A stretch of 63,989 nt of DNA, counting the filler, from Octopus bimaculoides (lineage: Eukaryota): NCBI RefSeq assembly GCF_001194135.2. It is 5 parts of 5 records of this genome, joined end to end, with 100 filler letters (N's around TTAATTAATTAA, not from the genome) between each part and the next. Parts side by side here need not be neighbours in the genome. Positions count along the whole stretch, not along the records: positions 1 to 26,795 come from NC_068986.1; positions 26,896 to 36,294 come from NW_026383542.1; 3 more parts are not named here. The stretch is one strand, 5' to 3'. A program made the translations under genes and the position numbers. Below, piece by piece: positions 14,325 through 27,456 of the stretch (the stretch's first letter is position 1; each line of letters starts with the position of its first letter). The notes under the pieces were generated by a model. The model did not search any database. It saw nothing but the letters and a program-made list of their open reading frames with translations, and had not been told where the DNA came from.

Positions 14325-14732
14325 TTGTTGTTGGCACTCCAGAACAGCCTGCTCGTGAAATTAACGTGCAAGTGGCTGAGCACTCCAGACACGTGTACCC
14401 TTAACGTAGTTCTCGGGGATATTCAGCGTGACACAGTGNNNNNNNNNNCCAGACACGTGTACCCTTAACGTAGTTCTCGGGGATATTCAGCGTGACACAG
14501 TGTGACAAGGCTGGCCCTTTGAATTACAGGTACAACAGAAACAGGACGTAAGATTGAGAGAAAGCTGTGGTGGAAGAGTACAGCAGGGTTCGCCACCGTC
14601 CCCTGCCGGAGCCTCGTGGAACTTTAGGTGTTTTCGCTCAATAAACACTCACAACGCCTGGTCTGGGAATCGAAACCGCGATCCTATGACCGCGAGTCCG
14701 CTGCCCTAACCACTGGGCCATTGCGCCTCCAC
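14325..14732 (-). mobile_element. tRNA-derived SINE, family 3
   Basis: Minus-strand head gtggaggcgcaatggcccagtggttagggcagcggactcgcggtcataggatcgcggtttcgattccc (A and B boxes) and a (CAA)n-like tail. Confidence 0.85.
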
Positions 14733-14991
14733 GGATGTTACGACATAAACACAATACCTTCTTATTCTTGTTCCAATTCCATTCATACCTATGATGGTCT
14801 TAGTTGTCTTGTTTTCTTTTCTGTTTTTCTTTGTGTGTGTGTGTGTGTGTGTGTGTACTTTGTACATGAAGAATAAAATTAATGATAATAATAAGAATCC
14901 TTTCTATTAAAGGCACAAGGCCTGAAATTTTAGGGGAGGGGACCAGTCGATGTAATCGACTCCAGTGCGTAACTGGTACTTATTTCATCAA

Positions 14992-15222
14992 CTGAGAAGA
15001 CAGATGGGTGAATGGATGGATCCCTAAAATGCTCCAGGAAAGACGAATTATTCAAGATAACCCAACTGGCAGAAGGCCTAGAAGGAGACCAACAACGAGA
15101 CGGCTGAACAATATCCAAAGTTTCAGCTGGTCACGCTTGGGAATCCAGCGGGAAAGTGTAACGATAGTTACTTTTGACTGGACCTTATGGACTGTACCTC
15201 TAGGACTCTCCCAGGAATAACA
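14992..15222 (+). mobile_element. RTE-like LINE ORF2 C-terminal fragment
   Basis: IPKMLQE...TGRRPRRRPTTRRLNNI resembles the RTE GKRPRGRP..RW.D.I motif. Confidence 0.6.
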
Positions 15223-16387
15223 GGTAGGGAAAATGGCTGGGTGAATGCATGGATCCCTTCAGAGTAGATAAAATGAAATAACAGTTCGTGATGGTTCATC
15301 AGTATCATCATTTAACGTCCGTTTACTATGCTGGCATGGGTTGGACAAGCAATGGAAGAATTGTTACAGATCGAGGCAAGAATGCTTTGTGGTCTTTGTT
15401 CCGGCTCTCAAATCCCATTGAGGTCAATTTTGCCTTTTTATCATTTTGGGGTCGACAAATAAAGTACCAATCTATTGTTGTTCACTAACAGAATTGATAT
15501 AACCTCGTGGTTAGGGTGTTGTGCTTACGGTCGCGAGATCGTGATTTCAAATCCCAGACTGAGTAGGGCGTCCTTTCTCTTGAGCAAAACACTTCATTTC
15601 TGGTCCCTTCGCGATCGTTTTCTACATTTGATGTGTGACACCCTTATGCACCTCTACGGGTAATGTCAATTTGATGGAGGGAGTGAACTTATGTAAACAT
15701 AAACAATTGATCACTATAAACAAATCATCTGTGTGGTTAGTTCTTTAGCAAGAAGTTGCAAATCCCTCGTCTGTCATCTGACGACATGAGTTTCCATGAT
15801 AACATATCATCATCGTCATCATCATCATCACTTAACGTCCGTCTTCCATGCTGGCATGGGTTGGACGGTTTGACAGGAGCAAGCAAACCAGAGGGCTGTA
15901 TCACACATACCTGTCTGTTTTGGCATGGTTTTTACCTGGTGAATGCCTTCCCTAACGCCAACCACTTTACAGAGTAGAAGACTGGGTGCTTTTTCCTTGG
16001 CACATATATATATATATATATACATGGGAGAATTTACGAAAAAACAACAACAGACGAGGACAGGTGGTGTAACCAACAAAAGGATGTATTAGTTTAACGC
16101 TCGGGAATAGAGAAAGTCCTTAACGTTTCGANNNNNNNNNNTATATATATGGGAGAATTTACGAAAAAAAAACAACAGACGAAGACAGGTGGTGTAAGCA
16201 ACAAATGGATGTATTAGAATATACACATATATATATATATATGAAGAATAGTTTGTATGTCTGTTGTATGTGTTATCAGAATGGCGTAGGCGAAGGACAT
16301 TAATGTTTTGGCTGCGGTTATTGGTGCTGGTTACAATTTTAGTGGAAGAGTATTTCAGTATCACAGCTCAATTTATACACACACTCA

Positions 16388-16428
<41 letters not shown>

Positions 16429-17059
16429 CTATATTACACTTGTATGTTTGTAAAGTACTGATCGTACATACACACACACGCGCGCGCATACACACACGTA
16501 CACAAAATAACCTACCTGAAGAAATACTATTAATACAGGGTAATAATTATTACTTTAATATTCTAATAATCATTTGTGAATATTTTGGTATTCATTGTAT
16601 TGTATTTCCTCGTGTGATATTACAAACATATATATGATTTATGAATGATGTATGTGTGTGTATAGACATATATAGCTACATTTATATATATATATATGCG
16701 CGCGCGCATACACACATAACTGTATGATGTGTGTATGTGTACAAGTGTATGGGTATGTAACTGTGCTCCTCTGTATGTGTGTATTTTGCCTGTATCTTCT
16801 TAAAGCAATTTGTGTGTGTCCTATATACTTGTATATCGTAATTTACATATTAACGTTTCTGCTATTTTAAAAACTTTTATATACACTACACATGTATGTA
16901 TATGCAATCTTTGTAACATGCATACATGCACGCGCTCGCGTACACAAACACACATATATACACGCATAATATACATACGTACGCACGTTCATATGTACGC
17001 ATATACATACACACTCATACATACGTACACACGTTCATACGTACATGCATATACATGCA

Positions 17060-17110
<51 letters not shown>

Positions 17111-17231
17111 ACATATACATACATGCACATATCTAACTTGTATACTATTATAGGTTTCTGTCGATGCATAAAAAATATGCACATTCTAATGGTAATCTCT
17201 ATATGAGTACATGAATACAAACACGGACAGA

Positions 17232-17262
<31 letters not shown>

Positions 17263-18041
17263 CTCCACATGCACTGGTTTATGTTAAAATACACGACTTT
17301 TTATCAAATATGTAAATTGAACATGTGTACATATACAAAAACACAAACGCCCGCTCACACACATGTACAATCTACACATATACACACATGCTCAAGCACA
17401 CATACGTACACACATTCACACACACACAGACATGAGCACACATACACACAAACACACAGGCACACGAGCATACATACATACATGCACGCACACACACACA
17501 CACATACACATACACATCTGTTTATGTTAAAATTGCAAGCATCACTTTTTATCAAATATGTAAATTGAACATATGTACATATCCAAGCACACACACACAC
17601 ACATATCACAAACACACACACACATCACAGATGCTACTTGAAATATTTAATCCAAAATATTTTTTGTATAATTTTAACAATATAATCTACCTTCTATGTG
17701 TCTATATAACAGATATGCACGATCTATCATACCATATATACATGCATACATACATACACACTACCATACATACGTACATAGATATATTATACATGCATAC
17801 ACAGATATGTGCTCACATGTATTTGTATGCATGCATCTATGCAGAGAAGCTCTGAGGCATATATAGATTGTACAATTTAACAAAGGAACAAAATGGTAGA
17901 ATAAAAAATTAATGGAAGAAATTACATATGTGAATATTTAATACACAAAGAAACCAAACGGAGTAATTGAAGGTTAATATGTTTCCTTTTTCCCACTCTC
18001 TATCGCATATATGCTTATATACAGGTATATAAGTACATACA

Positions 18042-18081
<40 letters not shown>

Positions 18082-18935
18082 TATACACATATATGAATAT
18101 ATGTTTTCTTTCTACCTTTCTCTCATATATACAGGCATATAGATACATAAATATGTGCATGAATATATATATACNNNNNNNNNNNNNNNNNNNNNNNNNN
18201 NNNNNNNNNNNNNNNNNNNNNNNNNNNNNNNNNNNNNNNNNNNNNNNNNNNNNNNNNNNNNNNNNNNNNNNNNNNNNNNNNNNNNNNNNNNNNNNNNNNN
18301 NNNNNNNNNNNNNNNNNNNNNNNNNNNNNNNNNNNNNNNNNNNNNNNNNNNNNNNNNNNNNNNNNNNNNNNNNNNNNNNNNNNNNNNNNNNNNNNNNNNN
18401 NNNNNNNNNNNNNNNNNNNNNNNNNNNNNNNNNNNNNNNNNNNNNNNNNNNNNNNNNNNNNNNNNNNNNNNNNNNNNNNNNNNNNNNNNNNNNNNNNNNN
18501 NNNNNNNNNNNNNNNNNNNNNNNNNNNNNNNNNNNNNNNNNNNNNNNNNNNNNNNNNNNNNNNNNNNNNNNNNNNNNNNNNNNNNNNNNNNNNNNATGCA
18601 TACATATATGTCTATATATTTATACACACACACACCCATATATACATGCATACATATATACACACACACATACATACACATATACATACGTATAAAATAT
18701 ATGCATAAATACACACATGCATACACACAATTACATGTAATTCCCATACATATCTTAATTTATAAATGAAATTTTTGTTAATGACAAGCATTTATCATGC
18801 AAATGAGAAATTCCAAGTAAATAGAATCGGTTGGAGATATGACAACATTTATTTCGAAAGTGGAACGGAATTTGTTGGATCTTAATTATACTGTGCCATG
18901 TAAAGTATTTGTATAGTACCTTTTTCGTTAATATA

Positions 18936-19330
18936 GGCGCAGGAATGGCTGTGTGGTAAGTAGCTTGCTTACCAACCACATGGTTCCGGGTTCAGTCCCG
19001 TTGCATGGCACCTTGGGCAAGTGTCTTTAACTATAGCCTCGGGCTGAATAAAGCCTTGTGTGTGGATTTGGTAGACGGAAACTGAAAGAAGCCCGTCATA
19101 TATATATTTATATATATATATGTGTGTGTTTGTGTGTCTGTGTTATTCCCCCAACGTTGCTTGACAACCGATGCTGGTGTATTTACGTCCCCTGTAACTT
19201 AGCAGTTCGGCAAAAGAGACTGATAGAATAAGTACAAGGCTTACAAAGAATAAGTACTGGGGTCGATTTGTTCGACTAAAGGCGGTGCTCCAGCATGGCC
19301 GCAGTCAAATGACTGAAACAAATATAAAAA
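18936..19330 (+). mobile_element. Full-length tRNA-derived SINE, family 1 (head, CORE-like ccttgggcaagtgtc, internal microsatellite, 3' domain)
   Basis: A-box tggctgtgtggtaag, B-box-like gggttcagtccc; at least 10 related copies in the window (3155-3486, 6380-6565, 8845-9045, 23655-23810, 26975-27200, 33345-33530, 57440-57585, 61137-61290, 61313-61469, 62137-62536). Confidence 0.9.
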
Positions 19331-20112
19331 TATAGGAAAAAAAATACTTGTAAACTTACCCAACCATCCTTCCCTATTCTCTGTCCCTGTTGTCTCTTCT
19401 ACTCACCTTCTTATAAAAGGGTAAAGACCCCCTTCGGTCATGAATGACTATGGGATTGCACAGAAAGCTCCCCTCCGAGGCACAAATCTGGGTAAATTTG
19501 TTTATGGAAAACCAGCAGTTGCCCATGCATTCTAACCGCCCCGCTCCATGCCACTGATGTTATCCAAGGGAAAAAGCTAAGGCACACATACATATGCATA
19601 CATTCAAACATATGCTGATGGTCATCTCTCAAAGTCCGAGAAAGATGGTTCTGCGATTTCTTGCTCAACAGCCTTGCACAAATGATTTTTTTATAGTGAT
19701 GAAATATTTGTATTGTACATTATCTCACACACTCCGTCAAATTGATGTTACCTGTACAGGCGGACAGCATACCACATGTCGGGTGTCAAAGTGATTGCAG
19801 AACAATGTGAGATGAGGTATTTTGCTGAAGAACACAATGCACCATCCAGTCCAAGAATGGATGGGTGGCAATCATGTGTGCAACACCCTGACCACTAGGC
19901 CATGTATTCTTATGCACACACACACAAACAAGCTTCTTTCAGTTTCCAATTACCAAATTTTCTCAGCCTAGGGCTCTACCAAATTTTGTCAACCTAGGGC
20001 TCTCTCTCTCTTTGTGTGTATATATATATATATATATTCGCCATGATAGATTGCTAACCACTACACACATTCTTTTCTCTCCTTGTTTCTCTCCTTGTTT
20101 CTTTCCATGTTC

Positions 20113-20143
20113 CTTTCTGTAGAAGAGCGTAGGCTCGAAACAT
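20113..20143 (+). ncRNA. Second copy of the variant hammerhead-like motif, cut off by an N gap
   Basis: CTTT-CTGTAGA-A-GAGC(GTAG)GCTC-GAAA-CAT followed by N. Confidence 0.4.
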
Positions 20144-20748
20144 NNNNNNNNNNATATATATATATATATATATATGCATATATATATATACTGTTGTATT
20201 TCAGGATGGTCAATTTTTTTCTTCTTCTGCGCTATACTTCTTCACTTGTTTATTACTGTTCTTATTCTAACTCATGTCCGTTGTTCAGAAATTTTCCATC
20301 ATACATCTGCGACCTCTTCATCAACACTTTTCATCATCATGTGTGCTCCTGCTCTGCTATGTCCATATATATATAAATGCAAGAGATTCTTTGCTCCATG
20401 AAGAAGCTGCAGGAGCGACTCAGAGGTTTTACAAGCTCTTCGAAATCCACTGCAATGCTGAAAACACTTCTCTATAGTGAGCAGATATCTCAGAGTTACA
20501 AGTGTTTTGTCCCTTTACCTGTGTGGGGCAGTGAGGACTGAGCCAGTCTTTATCTATGAAAGGGTTCTGTTTGCAATCTCTTATCAATCATAGCCATCTT
20601 GAACTCGTTTCAGCTGCTATACCATGCTACACCTATTTCCTTGATATTATTCCACTGATGCTGGCTTTTCTATAGAAGTGTTTCTTTCCTTCAGTTCCTT
20701 GTGCTACATGCTCTCACTGACTTCCTGGTTAGTTCACCTTACTCCATA

Positions 20749-20971
20749 GAAAGCTTAGGATTGGTTTCCCAGTGTCTCTGGCATATATATTCCTCACTGG
20801 ACAAGGCACCAGACTTTCATAGGATTACTCATTTCTGCCAACTGAGTGAACTGGAGCGCCATGAAACGAAATGTTTTGCTCAAGAACCCAACGCATCACC
20901 CAGGCCAGGAATTGAAACCACAGTCTTATAGTCATTAGTCCAACACCCTAACCACTAAGCCATGCGCTTCC
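20749..20971 (-). mobile_element. tRNA-derived SINE; related copies at 5715-5990, 15503-15770 and 19690-19900
   Basis: Minus-strand head ggaagcgcatggcttagtggttagggtgttggac...gtttcaattcctgg, then ttcttgagcaaaacatttc. Confidence 0.75.
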
Positions 20972-21448
20972 TCACTAACTCCTAGCCCAACCCTTAATAC
21001 CTCAGTTTTTAGTTTTAGTGGTTAGAGGTTCTCTACTACTCCAGCTCCTCTCTCTCAACTGAACATTTTGTAGGTCTTGGGGGTGACTACAATATTGACC
21101 CCTAGAATACAGTTCAGCATTTTTCTTTTTTTGCCCCCTTTTTTTCAGCAGCCTTTACCTGACTTCACTGAAAGAACCAATAAATCATAGATGTGTTCAC
21201 ATGCATGCATGTGCGTATGTGCATGTGTGTGTTTGTGTGCATGCATGTGTGTGCGTGTTTGTGTCTGTGTGTGTGCATGTTTCCTCACTCCTCACACACT
21301 CTCTGTTATTGCAAAAGCCACTGCTGAGTAGATAAGGGTGGAGATGCAGATGTGAGAGGTTGGGCCAAGTCAGGCAGTGAATTGTCAGGGTTGTGTCATG
21401 TTTTATAGCCATTACCCACACAAATACAGTTGAATTAGATTTTCCAAG

Positions 21449-21507
21449 GTCTCTCTCTCACTCTCTCTCGCTCTCTCTCACTCTCTCTCACTCTCTCTCA
21501 CTCTCTC

Positions 21508-21570
<63 letters not shown>
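21449..21570. repeat. (CT)n / (CTCTCTCTCA)n array
   Basis: Direct inspection. Confidence 0.95.
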
Positions 21571-21579
<9 letters not shown>

Positions 21580-21731
21580 GCTCTCTCCCCCTCACTCACC
21601 TCTCTATTTCAATATATATGTGTATGTATGCACACATGCACAATCAAATAATTCTCTTTTGTGTATGTGTATGTATATGTGTGTGTGTGTATATATATAT
21701 ATTTATTTATGTATGCATACATATATGAGCT

Positions 21732-21860
21732 AGGACAACAACCCACCGAGGACAATTACCCCTGAGGACAACAGATGATGATTTAAAACTTCTTAATATA
21801 TTGGAGAGGAGGTAATTATCCTAGGGGGTAGTTGTCATTGGGGGGGGGGGTAATTGTCCT
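21732..21860. mobile_element. Small MITE-like element with AGGACAA...TTGTCCT ends
   Basis: Three ggacaa(c/t) units on the left mirrored by taatt(a/g)tcc and tagttgtc units on the right. Confidence 0.55.
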
Positions 21861-22070
21861 GATATGATATATATACATATATGTGTGTGCATGTGTATGT
21901 ATATATGTGTGTATGTATGTATGTATGCATACATGTGTGTGTGTATATATATATACATCTATATATATATGGGTATGTATATATATATATGCATACATAT
22001 GTGTGCGTGTATAATATGTTTGTGTGTGTGTATATATACATACATATATATATATACATATATATATATA

Positions 22071-22954
22071 TATTGAGTCGTCCCATAAATAATGTGGGTT
22101 TTTTTCAATTGCATGAACTAAAGTCAGAGGGGGACAGGATAAACTACCTGCATCAACTTGCTATAAAAGCAGGTAGTAATATTACCTTATTCTTAGTGCA
22201 AGTTCTTGAAGAGTACAGTTCAATTTTAACAGTTATTTTTCAGAGCTATAATGGAAATGACAAAGGAGCAAGCATATTCAGCATATTTTGCCTTATGAGT
22301 TCAATAAAGGCAACAGTGCAATGGAAACTGTGAGGAATATTAATGCAGTATATGAGGATTGGACAGTAAGTGTCAGCCAGTGTCAATGGTGATTCCAGGA
22401 ATTCCGTGCCAGAAACTACAGCCTAGAAGATGGGCCTCATCCTAGAAGATCTGTAAAGCTTGATGAGGGTATCCTGCAAACCCTATCATAACTGTTGAGA
22501 AACTAGCAGAGAAGCTTAGATTTGCTCATTCAACCATTCATTGACACCTGCATGCCATCGGAAAAGTTAGTAAATTGGGTCAATGGATTTCTCGCAAACT
22601 TTCCGAGTCTAATCGCATGCAGAGAGTGAATGCATTGAGACATGAACCTTTGGAGCAAATAGTGACTGATGACAAGAAATGGGTTCTCTATAAAAATGTC
22701 AAGCGCCGAAGACAGTGGGTAGGGAAAAGAGAAATCCTGGCACCCCAAGCTAAAGAAGGTCTTCACCCACATAAGGTGTTGTTATCAGTTTGGTGGGATA
22801 TGAAAGGTTTGGTCCACTTTCAGCTTTCAAACCCAAACTAAACAATAACAAAGGAAATCTATTATGAGCAGCTTGAGTGGCTCAAGTCAGTGCTAGAAGT
22901 AAAATGGTTTCAAGATGAAAGGTGTTTTTCCATCAGGATAATGTTCGGCCACAT
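22071..22954 (+). mobile_element. Mariner (Tc1/mariner) transposon remnant, right end missing
   Basis: TA then TIR-like TTGAGTCGTCCCATAAATAATG; decayed transposase GQWISRKLSE (WVPHEL), IVTDDKKWVLY (first D), LHPHKVLLSVWWD and DNVRPH (second D). Confidence 0.92.
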
Positions 22955-22974
22955 ACAAACATATACATATATAT

Positions 22975-23390
22975 ATATATAGGAAGAATTCGCAAAAAAC
23001 AAAAGATGAAGATAGGTGGTGTAGACAACAAACAGATGTATTAGTATAACACTCGGGAAGTGAAAAAGTCTTTAACGTTTCGAGCCTACGCTCTTCCACA
23101 GAAAGGAACACAGAAAGAAACAAGGGGAGAAAATAAAGAATGTGTAGTGGCTAGCGATCTATCATGGCGAATGCCGGACAAAAGGGTCATACAAGAGAGC
23201 TAGGAAGATGGGGAGATAATAAAATAGTGGTGATCCCAAAACGAAGGTACGCATGCGTGTGTATAAGAGAGTATGTATGTGCACGTGGAAGAGGGCTGGT
23301 GACCTTGACATGTGTATGTGTGGGTGTGAAGATGTGGTTCTGGGAAGTGGTCAGTGCTAGTGTGTGCGTGGTGGTGTGANNNNNNNNNNG
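22975..23390 (-). mobile_element. Penelope-like element 3' end / pseudo-LTR; related pieces at 16020-16225, 20035-20143, 23580-23627 and 49680-49790
   Basis: Shared string tatgggagaatttacgaaaaaa...gacaggtggtgt...aacgtttcgagcctacgctcttc; hammerhead-like motif; YLRFGITT resembles the PLE C-terminus. Confidence 0.65.
23070..23105 (-). ncRNA. Minimal hammerhead-like motif with variant core CUGUGGA
   Basis: Minus strand CTTT-CTGTGGA-A-GAGC(GTAG)GCTC-GAAA-CG-TT^AAAG; perfect stems I and II, palindromic AACGTT, A6 replaced by U. Confidence 0.55.
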
Positions 23391-24452
23391 TGATATGATG
23401 TGGTGTTGTGTGGTATGGTGGTGTAGTGGTGTGTGGTGTGGTGTGATGGTGTTGGGAGGTTGGAGAGGTGATAGTGGGAAAAGCAAGAGTGGGGTGTGGG
23501 TTACACTGAGTGTGGGGGTAGAGGTGGGGCATATGGGAGTGGGTGTAAGGGCCATCCCTTACATGGGGTAGGGTGGGATATATATATGGGAGAATTTACG
23601 AAAAAAACACCAACAGACGAGGACAGGNNNNNNNNNNTATATATATATATATGACCATATTTCACAGTTTTCAGCTACTAAATTTACTCACAAGGCATTG
23701 TTCAGCCTAGGGCTATAGTAAAGGTCACTTGCCCAAGCCAACATGATGCATTAGGATTGAACCCGAAACCATGTGGTTGCACAGCAAGCTTCTTACCCGC
23801 ACAGCCATGTGTGTGTGTTCTAATGCAACACAGCACTTTAATACACTGTAGAGAGAGTGTGTAGCAAGACAATGTGTTGGCTTCAGTTGTATAATGAGTA
23901 TTGTTAGGTAGTGACGATGATGATGATGATGTCGATGACATGTTGTGGGACTGGCATACATGTTGTGAGTTATCTGCTGCTGTTGTTGCTGCTGCTGCTG
24001 CTGGTGGTCTGTATAGGACTGTTTAGAGTAAATATAGTGTGTGGCATGTACTAGAGCTTGCTTGCCTGTTGTGGGATGTTTGGTGGAAAACAGACCATAC
24101 TTTGCTATATAATAAGCTTGGCTCGTGTTGTCATATTGATGAGAGAGATGGGTGTGGGCAGGGAGGGGAGGGCACGGAGTCTGGTTTCACTGGGTAGAAA
24201 CTATTCTAGTTATGTCACAAATGCCACCGGCATTTGATCCTTGGTAGTAATCATACATCCTTGTATTCAGAATGCCTTGTATCTCACCCCACCACTTTCT
24301 CTCTACCTCTCCCCCTCTCTAACTCTGTCTCTCCCCTCTTTCTCTCAATGTATGTATGTATTTATTTAAGTATATTTGTGTGTGTGTGTGTACATATATG
24401 CACACACACACACACACGCACTCACTCTTTCACATGTATAAATATATGTATG

Positions 24453-24516
<64 letters not shown>

Positions 24517-24624
24517 AACACATATACATACATACAAACACATATACATACATACATACAACTTTATATAACATATTCATAGATATACATATATACACAC
24601 ATGAATATGTAAATATGCTTATAA

Positions 24625-24672
<48 letters not shown>

Positions 24673-25147
24673 ATAATAGGTAGATATATATAAACACACA
24701 CATGTATATATACATGTATATATTTAGGCTTATTATGTGCATGTATGTATGTATATATATATATGTATATATATATATCATATATACACATATAAAGCAC
24801 CTATTTCTGGTGTAACACCTCCTCCACCCTCTCCTTTATTGTCCCTTACAAACAGACTCAACCTTATCTTCATGTCATCCACACTGTCTCTCTTTCTCTC
24901 CATCCCCCTCTCTCTCTCTCTCTCTCTGCCTTTATCTCTCTCTCCCCTTCTCCCCCCCCCACACACCTTGCTTTGTCTGTCTCCTAAAATATTGGGATTC
25001 ATTTTAACAATCTGTCATTGTCTATGCTGACAGACTGATGGGTGGTGTTGGATAGGATAGGTGTTGACATACCCTTACTCTCTACCCATTTACCACCCCC
25101 AGTTGTTGTTGTTGTTGTTGTCATCCTCTGTGTTGTCCTATTAGTCT

Positions 25148-25325
25148 AGTAGTAGTAGTGATGGTGGTGGTAGTGGTGGTGGTGGTGGTAGTAGTAGTGG
25201 TGGTGGTGGTAGTAGTGGTGGTAGTAGTAGTGGTGGTAGTAGTAGTAGTGGTAGTGGTGGTAGTAGTAGTAGTAGTTGTAGTGGTGGTTATGGTAGTAGT
25301 TGGAATTGTAGTAGTAGTAGTGGTA
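25148..25325. repeat. Compound (GGT)n/(AGT)n microsatellite
   Basis: Direct inspection. Confidence 0.95.
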
Positions 25326-26184
25326 GTCATCGCCAGTGTGGTGGCGGCAGCGGTGGTGGTGTTGATGCTGCTGTTGATTTTGTGGTGGTGGTGGTGGTGG
25401 TTGTCGTGATGCTGGTGGTGGTGGCGTAAGCTGATAGTGGTTGTGTTTAGTTGTGTTGGTGTTAGTAGCACAGGTGGTATATAACTAGGGTGGTATGTGA
25501 GTAATGGTAAATGTTAGTGGGCTGGAGGCGGGGGGGAGGGGATAAATTGGCTCGGGGTGGGAGTGTAAAAGTGTTGGGAGAGGGACAGAGAAGTTTGGTA
25601 TCCTGGTAGGGTGTAGTGGTGGTGGCTTCATTGTTTGTTTGCTGTATCTGATCTCCCCATCTTACATAGCTGGTGGTGGTGGTGGTGGTGGTAGCTTGAA
25701 GCAGTATGTGACATTGGAAGATGGGACATGAGGTGGCATCAGGTTGGCAGTGGTAGGCAGTGATCCTCATCACTATCCTCCTCATCATCATAATCACAAG
25801 GCGTGGGTGGATAGACTAAGTAAAGAAAGTCTCCAACTATGACAATGTCTCCTGTTTTTCTTTTCTCTTAGATTTATTATCATTTAAGGTAAACACTTGT
25901 ATGCTCAGGGTGATGCTGTACTTTGTCTCCAAATGTAGGATTCTGTGTCCTATCAAGGCAATGAAACAGCTCTGAATGTATTTAGGTTCCTTCCCCTGCA
26001 ACACAAGAGCTGCCTGGGGCCACCTACTGATGTATGTAACAAAATTCCCCCCAAAATAGCACAAGGTTTGTTCTGTCAGATTTTGCAACTCTGAGCCAGA
26101 TGTTTCTACCCTCCTCAATGTTTGTTTTTGCTGCACCACTTGTCACCTCTTTTGAGCCAGCAGCTTCTGACAAGTTTCTGTGCA

Positions 26185-26410
26185 TGATCTTCAAACAAAT
26201 GCTGGGCCTCACAGAGGCAATGACAAGTGACCGAGACCTTTGGCAATATTCTGTGCTTGAGAAGACTCGTCAAGCCAAGTGAAATCATAGTCATGGCCGA
26301 TGTCAGTGCCACGTGACTGACACCCATGCCAAAGCTATTTCGGTCACTACATGATGGCAGTGACCAAAGAGGAGACAAGTACTCTGAAATGCTGCATCTC
26401 AGTCTAGAAA
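26185..26410 (+). mobile_element. RTE LINE 3' end fragment
   Basis: LGLTEAMTSDRDLWQYSVLEKTRQAK* matches the RTE C-terminal A.DR..W motif. Confidence 0.6.
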
Positions 26411-26795
26411 GAGTAGGCACTGTGAACTGATTTACATGTACTTACACCATTTGTCTACAGAAAGAAATTTCCTCCTTGACAAAACACAGTGAATGGCTTC
26501 TTTATTAGTCCAAGCATGTCACAGGCATTTTCAAACTGTTAATTACATTACATTTGTACACATCACTGCTTAGCGCTCCTACTTCATGATGTATGTGTGT
26601 ATGTATATATAAACACACACACACACAAACACACTATTTTAATGCCCTACTGTCTGGAATTACACCTTAAAAGACCATGGTAAAATTTTTATTTGATCAT
26701 GTAGTTTTTCTCTTCTTTGACTATGATATACCTAAGTTGTAAATTATAGTTACACTTATATATGTATGTACGTATATATATATATATATATATAT

Positions 26796-26895
26796 NNNNN
26801 NNNNNNNNNNNNNNNNNNNNNNNNNNNNNNNNNNNNNNNTTAATTAATTAANNNNNNNNNNNNNNNNNNNNNNNNNNNNNNNNNNNNNNNNNNNN
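26796..26895. other. Artificial scaffold join N44-TTAATTAATTAA-N44
   Basis: Exactly 44 N, a 12-mer with stops in all six frames (26840-26851), then 44 N; 100 bp total. Confidence 0.97.
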
Positions 26896-26934
<39 letters not shown>

Positions 26935-27423
26935 TCATGTATGTACCTATATATGTATACACATATATACATATAAACATATTTGTCTCTGTCTTGTCTT
27001 TGTTCCCCAGACCCCGCCGCTTGACAACAGGTGTTGGTTTGTTTACATCCCCGTAACCTAGCAGTTTGGCAAAACATCAGGATAGATTAAAAACAGTAAA
27101 AAAAAAATGTACTGGTGTCAATTTGTTTCACGAAAACCCACGGCTAGGCGCTGCTCCAGTATGGCCGCAGTCTAATGACTGAAACAAGAAGCAAGCAAAA
27201 GGTACAAAGACACTGTAATGGTGTTGCTGTTGTCGATGATGGTGATGTTGTTTGTGATGTTGTTTTGGTTCTTGTTCTTTGCTAATTAATTGGTAAAACT
27301 TCTCCGAGACAGGATGTTGGCTGTTCGAGGGAGACAGAAGCAGATAGATAGATAGATAGATAGATAGAGAGAGGGAGAGAGAGAGAGGGGGGAAGCGAGG
27401 GGAGGAGGAGAAAGAGAAACAAG

Positions 27424-27456
<33 letters not shown>

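Noticed and set aside
13520-14500. Near-identical direct repeats either side of small gaps (13520-13662 vs 13870-14020; 14389-14438 vs 14449-14500; likewise about 16024/16150 and 31040/31111)
   Set aside because: Typical unmerged contig overlaps or haplotype duplications at gaps.
26840-26851. Recurrent TTAATTAATTAA motif as a biological signal
   Set aside because: Always flanked by exactly 44 N on each side; assembly linker.
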